Assembly: GCA_040380025.1 (NCBI GenBank)
Contig: JBEIJY010000003.1
Coordinates: forward strand, 1-64,000
DNA: 64,000 nt
Source of the DNA: Bdellovibrionales bacterium
Lineage (GTDB): Bacteria; Bdellovibrionota; UBA1018; CAIMNF01
Reading direction: 5' to 3'
Part shown: positions 46,194 to 55,453 of the stretch, piece by piece
Numbering within the stretch: the stretch's first letter is position 1
Layout of the letters: the number at the start of each line of letters is the position of its first letter
The notes under the pieces: model-generated
The model's database searches: none
The model's input: only the letters and a program-made list of their open reading frames with translations
What the model was told of the DNA's origin: nothing
Position numbers and translations under genes: made by a program

Positions 46194-46224
46194 AAAAAGC
46201 CCGGAAGGAAACTTCCCTCCGGGC
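46194..46224 (-). terminator. Rho-independent terminator
   Basis: Minus strand GCCCGGAGGGAAGTTTCCTTCCGGGC-TTTTT. Confidence 0.7.
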
Positions 46225-46241
46225 CCCGAAAACGGTTGGAA

Positions 46242-46826
46242 TCAGAATCGCATTCCCACGCTCGGAAGGATCATGAATCCTCCGGCAAGGGTTCCGAACG
46301 GCATCTCGGCGAAGTAATTCCCCTGAAACCGAACGCCGGGGGTCACGAATCCCGCGAATTTCACACGTGTGTCCGAAAAGGTGGCCACCGAGACATGATC
46401 AATCGAAATCCCGAGGTCCACGTTGAAGTAGGGAGTCAGTCCCCCTTGAGGGGCGAATTCATACCCCGCCGTGGCGGTCATGGGGATCACCCATCCGCTC
46501 ACATCGTCGAGGCTCAGAAGAAAACCGGTCCGTCCGCCCACCGTGATCGGTGTTCCCTCGAAATCAACGGTGGTTTCGACTTTGCCTGTGACGCCCAGAT
46601 AGAACCGGGAATCAATGCTTCCCAGTCCGAAACTCGCGCTCGGAGTCCAGTTCAGGGTGCTGCCTCCTGACCGGCGCGGTTCGGAGGAGACCGGAGCGGG
46701 GGAGTAGGTGGTTTCGGCTGCGGGGGCAGCGGGCTTCACTTGGGGTTTCTTTTTCTTCGGCGCCGCGAATGCGGAAGCCGAGAGGAGGAAAGACGCGATG
46801 ACAGGAATTAAGATGGTTTTCTTCAT
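46242..46826 (-). CDS. Small outer-membrane beta-barrel protein
   Basis: Signal peptide SAFA, Lys/Pro linker, about 8 amphipathic strands, C-terminal GMRF. Confidence 0.7.
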   Translation of the reverse strand: MKKTILIPVIASFLLSASAFAAPKKKKPQVKPAAPAAETTYSPAPVSSEPRRSGGSTLNWTPSASFGLGSIDSRFYLGVTGKVETTVDFEGTPITVGGRTGFLLSLDDVSGWVIPMTATAGYEFAPQGGLTPYFNVDLGISIDHVSVATFSDTRVKFAGFVTPGVRFQGNYFAEMPFGTLAGGFMILPSVGMRF

Positions 46827-46877
46827 GAGGGGGGATTAAACCAGAACGGATGCGATTCGCCAACCACGAAGAGCCCT

Positions 46878-47186
46878 TCAGGGTGGCCCGAGCATGGTTC
46901 TGATTTCCGTCAAGGACGCAGATTCAATGAAGTACGTTTTCTGGCGTGAGGACTCCCCCCGAATCAGGTGGATCCGCATTTTCGGTATTTTGAGGCATTT
47001 CGAAAGAAAATCGAGAATGGCGAGGTTTGCGGCGCCTTCGACCGGCGGGGCCTTCACGGTGATTTTCAGGCGTGAGCCGTGGGTTCCTTTGATGGCGGTT
47101 CTGGAGGCTCCCGGGCTTGCGTGAATCTCGAGCAAGATGCCGGATTTGTTCTGGATCCGTGAGGGTTTGCACCAATCTTCCGCCAT
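46878..47186 (-). CDS. DUF167 (YggU) family protein
   Basis: PGASRT, LKI.VKAPPVEGAAN, RGESSRQK; start taken at ATG 47186. Confidence 0.85.
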   Translation of the reverse strand: MAEDWCKPSRIQNKSGILLEIHASPGASRTAIKGTHGSRLKITVKAPPVEGAANLAILDFLSKCLKIPKMRIHLIRGESSRQKTYFIESASLTEIRTMLGPP

Positions 47187-47235
47187 GAAATCACCCTTGC
47201 AAAACAACGAAAAATCCGCTAGTTGTTTTGAACAT

Positions 47236-47314
47236 AACACACACTTCCGCAAAAACGTGGTGTCGGCATCCGGAGGCAGCTCCGGGGTCGATTCGGGAAG
47301 TGGAGGAACCAACC
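47236..47314 (+). ncRNA. rpsB leader (S2 autoregulatory / t44-like element)
   Basis: AACACACACTTCC...GGGGTCG...GGGAAGTGGAGG.ACCAACC resembles the enterobacterial rpsB leader layout. Confidence 0.65.
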
Positions 47315-47387
47315 GCGGGCTTTTCAAATCATTCCACTTCGAATCCGATTTGCATTCCCGCCTGAACCGTAAAGAAAGGGAAGGCAC

Positions 47388-48245
47388 ATGCCTACAATCT
47401 CAATGAAAGACATGCTCGAAGCGGGAGTCCACTTCGGGCATCAGACCAATCACTGGAACCCCAAAATGAAGCCGTACGTGTACGGTGCGCGCAACGGGAT
47501 CTACATCGTGGATCTCCAGCAGACCGTCGAACGCGCCCGTCAGGCATGCGAGTTCATCAAGGGAATCGCGGCCGAAGGCAAGAAGGTGATCTTCGTCGGC
47601 ACCAAGAAGCAAGCCCGCGACGTGGTCGAAGCCGAAGCGAAACGCGCCGGAATGTATTGCGTGACCGAGCGCTGGCTCGGCGGAATGCTCACGAACTTTC
47701 AAACCGTGAAAGCTTCGATCGACCGTCTGAAGAAGATCGAGTCCCTGAAGTCCTCCCAGGCGTGGAATGACTACACTAAGAAAGAACAATCCGGTTTTGA
47801 TCGCGAGCTGACCAAACTGAAGCGCGGTCTCGGCGGGATTCAAGAAATGAAGAAGCTCCCCGGCGCGATGTTCATCATCGACACCACCAAGGAAGCGAAC
47901 GCGATCAAGGAAGCCCGCCGTCTCGGAATTCCGACTGTCGCCATCGTCGACACCAACTGTGATCCGACCGGAATCGATTTCGTGATCCCGGGCAACGACG
48001 ACGCTCTTCGTGCGGTTTCGCTTTTCGCGAAGATGATCGCCGATGCATGCCTCGAAGGCACCGCGCTCTTCCAAGAAAAACTCCGCGCCGCAGGCGAAGG
48101 AACCGGCAAAGAAGACGAAGATGCGAGCGGAAAAAAGGTTTCGCGCTTTGAAGGCGATATCGACCTGAAAGGCGTCGATGCGGCCGATCTCGAGGCGATG
48201 GATCAGACCGAACCCTCGACCGAATCCTCCACCGAAACCAAATAA
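47388..48245 (+). CDS. rpsB: 30S ribosomal protein S2
   Basis: MLEAGVHFGHQT..WNPKM, RWLGGMLTN, DTNCDP, PGNDDA. Confidence 0.98.
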   Translation: MPTISMKDMLEAGVHFGHQTNHWNPKMKPYVYGARNGIYIVDLQQTVERARQACEFIKGIAAEGKKVIFVGTKKQARDVVEAEAKRAGMYCVTERWLGGMLTNFQTVKASIDRLKKIESLKSSQAWNDYTKKEQSGFDRELTKLKRGLGGIQEMKKLPGAMFIIDTTKEANAIKEARRLGIPTVAIVDTNCDPTGIDFVIPGNDDALRAVSLFAKMIADACLEGTALFQEKLRAAGEGTGKEDEDASGKKVSRFEGDIDLKGVDAADLEAMDQTEPSTESSTETK

Positions 48246-48264
48246 CCCGAAAGGACACCGAATC

Positions 48265-49170
48265 ATGCAAATCACTGCAGAACAGGTTTCTAAATTGCGC
48301 GAGCGCACCGGCGCCGGGATGATGGATTGCAAGAAGGCGCTCACCGAGAACGCGGGCGACTTCGAGAAAGCCGTCGAATACCTTCGCAAGAAGGGGATCG
48401 CTTCGGCCGCGAAGAAATCCGGACGGACCGCGAAGGAAGGCACCGTGTACTCCCTGATCGACGCCGACAGCAAGGCTGCGGTGCTGGTCGAGGTGAACTG
48501 CGAGACCGACTTCGTGGCCAAGACCGAGAACTTCCAGAAGTTCGTGGGCCAGATCGCAAAGCACATCGCAAAGGCGGCTCCGGCAACTCCTTCCGAACTC
48601 ATGACTCAGAAGTTCGACGCGGTCAAAACCGTCGAAGAATTCGTCCGTGAGGGGATCGCCACTCTCGGAGAAAACATGATGGTCCGCCGCTTTGTTCGCT
48701 ACCCCCTCGGCGAGGGCAAGGAAGTGAAAAGCTACATCCACATGGGCGGCAAGGTCGGAGTTCTGGTCGAGCTGAATCTCGCGAACGGATCGAAAGCGCA
48801 AAGCGAAGGGTTCCAGACCCTGATTCGCGATCTTTCGATGCACATCGCGGCTGCAAGCCCGCTCTATCTGAAGCCCGAAGAAGTTCCGGCCGATGTGGTG
48901 GCGAAAGAGAAAGAAATCGCTCTGGCCCAGCTCGCCGGACAGAACAAGCCTGCTGATGTTCTCGAGAAGATCGCTTCCGGGAAGATCAACAAGTACTTCG
49001 AGGAAACCTGCCTCGTGAAGCAGAAGTTCGTGAAGGACGACAAGAAAACCGTCGAGGCGCTGGTGAACGAAACCGGCAAGGCGATGGGTGAGGCGATTTC
49101 GATCGCCCGTTTCTCGCGCTTCGTGCTCGGTGAAGGCGTCGAAGTCGCCTCCGAGGAAACCCAACACTAA
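48265..49170 (+). CDS. tsf: Elongation factor Ts
   Basis: LRERTGAGMMDCKKAL, EVNCETDFVA; SD AAGGA before ATG 48265. Confidence 0.98.
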   Translation: MQITAEQVSKLRERTGAGMMDCKKALTENAGDFEKAVEYLRKKGIASAAKKSGRTAKEGTVYSLIDADSKAAVLVEVNCETDFVAKTENFQKFVGQIAKHIAKAAPATPSELMTQKFDAVKTVEEFVREGIATLGENMMVRRFVRYPLGEGKEVKSYIHMGGKVGVLVELNLANGSKAQSEGFQTLIRDLSMHIAAASPLYLKPEEVPADVVAKEKEIALAQLAGQNKPADVLEKIASGKINKYFEETCLVKQKFVKDDKKTVEALVNETGKAMGEAISIARFSRFVLGEGVEVASEETQH

Positions 49171-49175
49171 GAAGG

Positions 49176-49214
49176 AAGGGGCCTTGATCGATCCGGTCAA
49201 GGCCCTTTTTTTTT
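49176..49214 (+). terminator. Rho-independent terminator after tsf
   Basis: GGGCCTTGATCG...CGGTCAAGGCCC followed by T9. Confidence 0.85.
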
Positions 49215-49218
49215 CACT

Positions 49219-49935
49219 ATGAAACGAGAACCGTACAAAAGAGTCCTTCTGAAGATCTCGGGCGAAGCGCTTGCCGGGGATCAGGGGTTCGGCATCGACA
49301 CCGATGTCCTCGACAGCATCGCCAACGAGATCGGTGCGATCCACGCATCCGGCATCGAGGTTGCGATCGTCGTGGGCGGAGGGAATATCTTTCGCGGCGT
49401 GAAGGGTGCCACCCGCGGAATGGACCGGGCGACGGCCGACTACATGGGCATGCTCGCGACGGTTCTGAACTGCCTCGCGCTCCAAGACGCCTTGGAACGC
49501 AAGAATATCTATACCCGTGTCCAGAGCGCGATCGAGATGCGTGCGCTCGCCGAACCGTACATTCGCAGAAAAGCCGTGCGGCACCTCGAAAAGGGCCGCG
49601 TGGTGATTTTTGCGGCCGGAGTGGGAAGCCCGTACTTCACCACCGACACCACTGCCGCACTCCGTGCGATGGAGATGAATTGCCAGGTGCTTCTGAAGGC
49701 CACGAGCGTTGACGGCATCTACACGGCAGATCCGAAACTTCATCCTGATGCCACGAAGTTCGAACAGCTCACCTATATGGATGTGCTGCAAAAGGGGCTC
49801 AAGGTGATGGATTCCACGGCCATTTCGCTTTGTATGGACAATAAATTGCCGATCATCGTCTTCAATCTTCGCGAGAAGGGGGCGATGGCCAAGGTCACGG
49901 GGGGAGATTCGATTGGGACCCTCGTTCACAACTGA
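49219..49935 (+). CDS. pyrH: UMP kinase
   Basis: [28 protein letters not shown]. Confidence 0.98.
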   Translation: MKREPYKRVLLKISGEALAGDQGFGIDTDVLDSIANEIGAIHASGIEVAIVVGGGNIFRGVKGATRGMDRATADYMGMLATVLNCLALQDALERKNIYTRVQSAIEMRALAEPYIRRKAVRHLEKGRVVIFAAGVGSPYFTTDTTAALRAMEMNCQVLLKATSVDGIYTADPKLHPDATKFEQLTYMDVLQKGLKVMDSTAISLCMDNKLPIIVFNLREKGAMAKVTGGDSIGTLVHN

Positions 49936-49969
49936 ATCCGGCTGAAAACCCGGAAGGAGAACTCACACC

Positions 49970-50524
49970 ATGTCTGCCGTATTGAATGAACTTTCGACCC
50001 AAACCGACAAAAGCATCCAGTCCCTCCAGAAGGATCTTCTGAAAGTCCGGACCGGACGCGCTTCGACCGCGCTCATCGATCATATCCACGTCGATTACTA
50101 CGGGTCCAAGACCCCGATCACCCAGGTCGCGAATCTGACCACCCCCGATGCCCGCACGATCCAGATCGTTGCTTGGGAGCCCGCCATGCTCGGACCGATC
50201 GAGAAGGCGATTCTCGAGGCGAACGTAGGCTTCACGCCCCAGAATGACGGAAAAGTCATCCGCATCACGATGCCGCCCCTCACCGAGGAGCGCCGCAAGG
50301 AGATGGTGAAGATGGTCAAGAAAATGGGCGAAGACACCAAGATCGCAATCCGGAATCATCGCCGGGATGCGAACGAAGAGGTGAAGAAGCAAGAAAAAGA
50401 CAAGGCCCTCTCGTTGGATGAGTCGAAAAAGCTCCAAGAGCAAATCCAAAAGAAGACCGACGACAAGGTCGCCGAAGTCGACAAGATCGTCGCGACCAAA
50501 GAAAAAGAGATCATGACGATCTAG
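49970..50524 (+). CDS. frr: Ribosome recycling factor
   Basis: RTGRAS, VDYYG, PPLTEERRKE, IRNHRRDA. Confidence 0.98.
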   Translation: MSAVLNELSTQTDKSIQSLQKDLLKVRTGRASTALIDHIHVDYYGSKTPITQVANLTTPDARTIQIVAWEPAMLGPIEKAILEANVGFTPQNDGKVIRITMPPLTEERRKEMVKMVKKMGEDTKIAIRNHRRDANEEVKKQEKDKALSLDESKKLQEQIQKKTDDKVAEVDKIVATKEKEIMTI

Positions 50525-50530
50525 CCCGCC

Positions 50531-51244
50531 ATGAACGAGACACTTCCCCGGCATGTCGCCATCATCATGGACGGAAACGGGCGTTGGGCCCGCGCCCGCG
50601 GCTATCCCCGCTATTACGGTCACATCCGCGGTGCGGCCCGGGTGAAGGAAGTCGTGCGCCTTTCGCGCGAGATCGGCATCCGGAGCCTGACTCTCTATGC
50701 GTTTTCGACCGAGAATTGGAAGCGACCCGTCGAAGAGCTCGATGTGCTCTGGAAGATTTTGCGCAAGTATCTGCGGCGCGAAGTCCGCGAGTTGAAGAAG
50801 CAGGGGATCCGCCTTCACATCATCGGCGAATACGATCGTCTTCCGCCCGATGCGGTGGCGGAGCTCCGGAGCGCGATGGAGGAGCTGTCCGGCGGAACCG
50901 GAATGGATCTCACCTTCGCCCTCTCGTACGGAGGCCGGAGCGAGATCCTCCATGCCGTGCGCTCGATTGCGCGCGAGGTATCCGAAGGCAGGCTTTCGCC
51001 CGAAGAGATCGCAGAAGGGGACGTTTCGAGAAACCTTTGGACCGCTCCGCTCGAAAATGCGGGCGATGTGGACCTTCTGATCCGGACGAGCGGCGAGAAG
51101 CGGATCAGCAACTTCATGCTCTGGCAGTGCTCGTATGCGGAGTTTGATTTTCCCGGAATGCATTGGCCCGAATATTCCGAGCAGGAATACCGGAAGTCCC
51201 TGGACGCGTTCGGAAACAGGAAAAGGCGGTTTGGGGCGGTATGA
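50531..51244 (+). CDS. uppS: Undecaprenyl diphosphate synthase
   Basis: HVAIIMDGNGRWA, FSTENWKR, IRTSGE.RISNF. Confidence 0.97.
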   Translation: MNETLPRHVAIIMDGNGRWARARGYPRYYGHIRGAARVKEVVRLSREIGIRSLTLYAFSTENWKRPVEELDVLWKILRKYLRREVRELKKQGIRLHIIGEYDRLPPDAVAELRSAMEELSGGTGMDLTFALSYGGRSEILHAVRSIAREVSEGRLSPEEIAEGDVSRNLWTAPLENAGDVDLLIRTSGEKRISNFMLWQCSYAEFDFPGMHWPEYSEQEYRKSLDAFGNRKRRFGAV

Positions 51245-52110
51245 ACAGGAATCTCAAGCTTCGGGTGATGACGGCGATCGTCGGGGTTCCGGTGATCCTC
51301 GCGTTTTTGTTGTTCATGGGGATCGGCGGGGTGGCATTCCTATCGTGGGTCATCTCGACCGGGATGCTGTTCGAATACTGCCGGATGAGCTTCCGGCTGA
51401 AGGACGCGCGACAAAAAACCACGATCGCGCTGGTGACGAACGGACTCATTCACGGATTCAACTATGCGGTTCCCGCTTCGATCAGCCTTGCGTTTCTGAG
51501 CACCGCACCGGCGCTGGTCTTCTTTTCGATTTTCCTCTTCATGGTGCCGCCGCTTTTGGGTCATGGTGATGCGTCGGCGACCGAATCGCCTGAAGGGGTG
51601 GCGATTCTGAGGCAACACGTCCAAGAGCTCATGGCTCTCTGTTTTGGCGTAGTGTATTGCATTTTATTCCCCCTGTTCATGGTGGCGATCCGGGAGCTTC
51701 CCTTCGGCGAGCATTGGCTGACTTTGACGCTCTTTGTGATCTGGGCCAGCGATACGTTTGCGTACTTTGCGGGTCTCTCGTTCGGAAGCCGCAAGCTCTA
51801 TGAACAGATCAGTCCCAAAAAAACCTGGGAAGGGGCCTTGGGCGGAGCCTTGGGTGCCGTCCTGATCGGAGTCTTGTACGGTGCATTGTTTCTCCCCCGG
51901 GTGTCATCGGGATTCATCGCCGTGCTGGCTGTTGTTTTGAGTGCCGTGGGAGTGGTGGGAGACCTTGCCGAGAGCCTGCTCAAACGGGCGACCGCATGCA
52001 AGGATTCCGGCTCGGTCCTTCCCGGTCATGGCGGGTTTCTGGACCGGTTTGACGGGGTCGTATTTGCTCTTCCTGTCATGTATTTGGTTCTCGTTCTGTA
52101 TTATCACTGA
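51241..52110 (+). CDS. cdsA: Phosphatidate cytidylyltransferase
   Basis: SDTFAYFAG, ISPKKTWEG, KDSG.VLPGHGG.LDRFD. Confidence 0.95.
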   Translation: MNRNLKLRVMTAIVGVPVILAFLLFMGIGGVAFLSWVISTGMLFEYCRMSFRLKDARQKTTIALVTNGLIHGFNYAVPASISLAFLSTAPALVFFSIFLFMVPPLLGHGDASATESPEGVAILRQHVQELMALCFGVVYCILFPLFMVAIRELPFGEHWLTLTLFVIWASDTFAYFAGLSFGSRKLYEQISPKKTWEGALGGALGAVLIGVLYGALFLPRVSSGFIAVLAVVLSAVGVVGDLAESLLKRATACKDSGSVLPGHGGFLDRFDGVVFALPVMYLVLVLYYH

Positions 52111-52172
52111 TTTCTAGGATCTCCGCCCGTTTGCCGGTATAATGGCGCAGTAAGGAAAGGGCAGGTCTGACA

Positions 52173-53786
52173 ATGATTTCTGTCATCGGTTTTGTTCTCG
52201 TTCTGATTCCCCTCGTCGTCGTTCACGAGCTCGGGCATTTTCTGTTCGCAAAACTGTTTCATGTCCGGGCGGACGCGTTTTCGGTGGGGTTTGGCCCGGT
52301 GATTTTCAAGAAGAAATGGGGCGAGACGGAGTTCCGCGTCTCGGCGATTCCGCTCGGGGGCTATGTGAAGCTTCTCGGCGAGGATCCGAGCCAGGAGCTT
52401 TCGGACGAGGACAAAAAGCGCTCGCTCCAGTATCAGGCCCGGTGGAAGCGGTTTTTTGTGTTTTTCGGCGGGCCCCTGTTCAATTTTTTGTGGGCCGCAC
52501 TGGTGTTCATGGTGATGATGGCGATCGGGGAGCCGCATCTTTCGACCGTGGTCGGGCGAGTGCTCAAGGATTCTCCTGCGGCAACGGCGGGCATTCAGGC
52601 CGGCGACCGCATCGTCGCGATCGACGGGCTGAAGGTCCGGAAGCTCGAAGAATTCATGAATGCGCTCTCTGAAAAACCCGAAATCCGGGTTTCGCTCGAA
52701 ATCGAGCGCGGAGCCGGAACGGTGACGATTCCGGTCACGACCGGTGCCGAAGAGGGGTTCTCGGTTTACGGAGAATCCCGCATGGTCGGCATTCTGGACG
52801 GGATCGTCCCGAGCGCGCGGATGACCAAAGTGGCCATCTCGGACCCCGAGTCGCGTGCCGCGAAGGCGGGACTCCGTTCGGGCGATGAAATCGTGGCCGT
52901 TCAAGGTCGGCCTGTCGAAACTTTCGAGCAGTTCGAGACCACGTATGCCGCATTGTCGGGAAGCGCCCTCGATCTTCGGGTCCGATCGGCCGATTCGGAA
53001 CGGGAGGTCCGCATCGAAGGAACCTTGGCCGGGAATCCCGCCAAGGACTTCGGCATTCATTCCTCGGAGCTCTTCGTCGAGCAGACTGTGCCGGGTTCTC
53101 CCGCCGAGAAGGCCGGAATTCAAAAAGGCGATCAGCTGCTTGCCGTGAACGGTTCTCCGATCGGGAGTTTTTTTGAGCTTCGAAGAAAGATCCAGAAGTC
53201 GGGCGAGGATCACGGCAAGGTATCGGTGACGGTCATGCGTGCGGGCAAAACGACGGATTTCGACCTCGTGCCGAGCGAGTCGACCGAGCGCGATCCCCTG
53301 CTGAAGAAAATGAAGCAGTTCACGATCGGCATCATGCCGGTTCCCTCGATGATCGAGCCCGTGATGGTGACCGAGAGAACCTGGAATCCCTTCGTGCTCG
53401 TGTACCGCGGCTTCGAGCGCATGATCGAGATGAGTGCACGGAATCTCATTTCGATCGGCAAGATGGTGACGGGGCAGGTCTCGGTGAAGTCGCTCGGCGG
53501 GCCCATCCTGATCGGCAAGCTCGCCGGCGATTCGATCTCGCGCGGTCTGATGGACTTCCTGCGGATGATGGCGATTCTCTCGATCGGTCTTGGCGTTTTG
53601 AACATCCTTCCGATTCCCGTGCTCGACGGAGGCCACATTGTGCTTCTCGGAATCGAGGCGATTCGCGGACGCTCCCTCTCGCTCAAGCAAATCGAGGTGG
53701 TGCAGACCGTGGGTCTTGCGGTGATCCTCTTCATCATGGTGATCGTCATGAAGAACGATATCTCGCGACTCCCGGTGTTCAACTGA
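52173..53786 (+). CDS. rseP: RIP metalloprotease RseP (three PDZ domains)
   Basis: HELGH, IPLGGYV, NILPIPVLDGGH, three S.A..AG...GD PDZ motifs. Confidence 0.95.
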   Translation: MISVIGFVLVLIPLVVVHELGHFLFAKLFHVRADAFSVGFGPVIFKKKWGETEFRVSAIPLGGYVKLLGEDPSQELSDEDKKRSLQYQARWKRFFVFFGGPLFNFLWAALVFMVMMAIGEPHLSTVVGRVLKDSPAATAGIQAGDRIVAIDGLKVRKLEEFMNALSEKPEIRVSLEIERGAGTVTIPVTTGAEEGFSVYGESRMVGILDGIVPSARMTKVAISDPESRAAKAGLRSGDEIVAVQGRPVETFEQFETTYAALSGSALDLRVRSADSEREVRIEGTLAGNPAKDFGIHSSELFVEQTVPGSPAEKAGIQKGDQLLAVNGSPIGSFFELRRKIQKSGEDHGKVSVTVMRAGKTTDFDLVPSESTERDPLLKKMKQFTIGIMPVPSMIEPVMVTERTWNPFVLVYRGFERMIEMSARNLISIGKMVTGQVSVKSLGGPILIGKLAGDSISRGLMDFLRMMAILSIGLGVLNILPIPVLDGGHIVLLGIEAIRGRSLSLKQIEVVQTVGLAVILFIMVIVMKNDISRLPVFN

Positions 53787-53787
53787 G

Positions 53788-54639
53788 ATGTCGCCCGATC
53801 CGGTCAAAAAATATCTCGCCTGGGACACCTCCTCGCTCGTCGGAATGATCGCCGCGTTCGAGATTTCGCAAGGGGTATGCCGCAAGGTATGTGCGTTCAC
53901 CCTGAGCCTCGAGACCTCCCGCCATTCCGAGCGTCTGCTCTGGAGCATTCATCAGGTGCTCGAGGCGGCAGGCTGGAAGCTCGCGGATCTTTCGGGAATT
54001 GCCGTGGGAACCGGCCCCGGTTCCTTCACCGGGCTCCGGATCGGACTCACGACCGCGCGGATTCTGGCCGGGGTGGTCCGCATTCCCCTGATTCCGCTCT
54101 CGAGTCTCGCCCTGCTCGCCCGCGGGGTTCTTCCTGCCTTGGAGCTTTTGCCGAAATCCGAAAAAATCCTCGTGATCGCTTGTACCGACGCCACGAAGGG
54201 CGAATGGTTCACGTGGATGGGAAGCTCGCGCATGATCCGCGATTGCATCGCCATGGCCGAAGGAGATCATGCCGGGATCTGGGGGCGGGGAGTGATCGAA
54301 GCCGTGTTCACTCCCGATGCCCTGATCGAAGAAATCGCGAAGCGGCTGAAGAAGGATCCCGATCTTCGCTGGCTCGCGGTGGGGCAGTCGGTGGCCCGGT
54401 ATCCGGAGATCTGGAAGGGACTTCCGAAGCAGTCACGAATCTGTCTTTCGGCGACGGATTTCAATCGGATCCACGAAGACGCGTTGATTCGTATGGCGTC
54501 CGAGGCGATCGCGCAGGGCCTCGAACGACAGGCGGATCACGTGAAACCCCGTTATCTTCGCGCATCCGAAGCCGAGGTGAAGTTGAGCAAGGGGCTGTTG
54601 AAGACGAGCCCGGTTCATCCCCGCGGAGGCACGGGTTGA
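53788..54639 (+). CDS. tsaB: tRNA t6A biosynthesis protein TsaB
   Basis: LAWDTS, HSERLL, GPGSFTGLRIG, PRYLR. Confidence 0.9.
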   Translation: MSPDPVKKYLAWDTSSLVGMIAAFEISQGVCRKVCAFTLSLETSRHSERLLWSIHQVLEAAGWKLADLSGIAVGTGPGSFTGLRIGLTTARILAGVVRIPLIPLSSLALLARGVLPALELLPKSEKILVIACTDATKGEWFTWMGSSRMIRDCIAMAEGDHAGIWGRGVIEAVFTPDALIEEIAKRLKKDPDLRWLAVGQSVARYPEIWKGLPKQSRICLSATDFNRIHEDALIRMASEAIAQGLERQADHVKPRYLRASEAEVKLSKGLLKTSPVHPRGGTG

Positions 54640-54700
54640 TCACGCGACGGGCCGATTCTTTTGCCCGATTTTTGAATTCTGATATCATGAAAGGCAGGCC

Positions 54701-55453
54701 ATGAGGAAAATCTACATCCTTCCGAATCTGGTGACGACGGCGAATCTTGCGTGCGGGATTCTCTCGATGATCCATTCCATTCGCGGAGACTTCACCAAAG
54801 CGGCCTGGTTTGTCATCATCGGCGCGATCTGCGATTCGCTCGACGGCAGGATCGCCCGCTTCGCGCGCGCGACCTCGGCCTTCGGGGTCCAGTACGATTC
54901 CCTCTCGGATCTGACTTCTTTCGGAATCGCTCCGGCGATCCTGCTCTATGCCTACGGACTTCGCGGAATCGAGATCGGCGTGAGTGCGGTCGTGCTCTAC
55001 GCGATCTGCGCCGCACTCCGGCTCGCCCGCTTCAATGTGAGCGCCGAGGAGAAAGATCCCTCCAAACTCCGAAAAATCAGAAAAGGCTATTTTCAGGGTC
55101 TTCCGTCGCCGGCATCGGCGGGGCTGATCGTGACCGCCATTCTGGTCCAGATTGAATTCTCTTTGCTTCCTCCCGGAATGATCGATACGGCGACCTTGTG
55201 CCTGGCCCTCGGGCTCGGCGTGCTCATGGTGAGCAATGTCCCGTTTCCCTCGTTCAAGGAGGTCAACTGGAGATCCAAAGGAAAAGCATGGATTTTGCTG
55301 ATCCCCGTGATCTTCGTCTTGTGTGTGATGCAGGCCCCCGAGCTGACGTTGTTCCTCTCGGGGTACTTGTATCTCACTCTCGGCCTCGGATGGGCCGCTT
55401 ATCTCTGTTGGTTCAAGGATCGAAACAAAGGAGAAACGCTTGTGCCGGAATGA
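54701..55453 (+). CDS. pssA: CDP-diacylglycerol--serine O-phosphatidyltransferase
   Basis: LPNLVT, DSLDGRIAR...FGVQYDSLSD, RLARFN, FQGLPSP. Confidence 0.93.
   Translation: MRKIYILPNLVTTANLACGILSMIHSIRGDFTKAAWFVIIGAICDSLDGRIARFARATSAFGVQYDSLSDLTSFGIAPAILLYAYGLRGIEIGVSAVVLYAICAALRLARFNVSAEEKDPSKLRKIRKGYFQGLPSPASAGLIVTAILVQIEFSLLPPGMIDTATLCLALGLGVLMVSNVPFPSFKEVNWRSKGKAWILLIPVIFVLCVMQAPELTLFLSGYLYLTLGLGWAAYLCWFKDRNKGETLVPE

Noticed and set aside
35045..47200. Integrative element at tRNA-Val
   Set aside because: No integrase and no convincing duplicate of the tRNA 3' end found by eye (only TCGCCCACC inside czcA)
47187..47387. N-terminal extension of the DUF167 ORF
   Set aside because: Antisense to the rpsB promoter and leader; the DUF167 domain starts at ATG 47186
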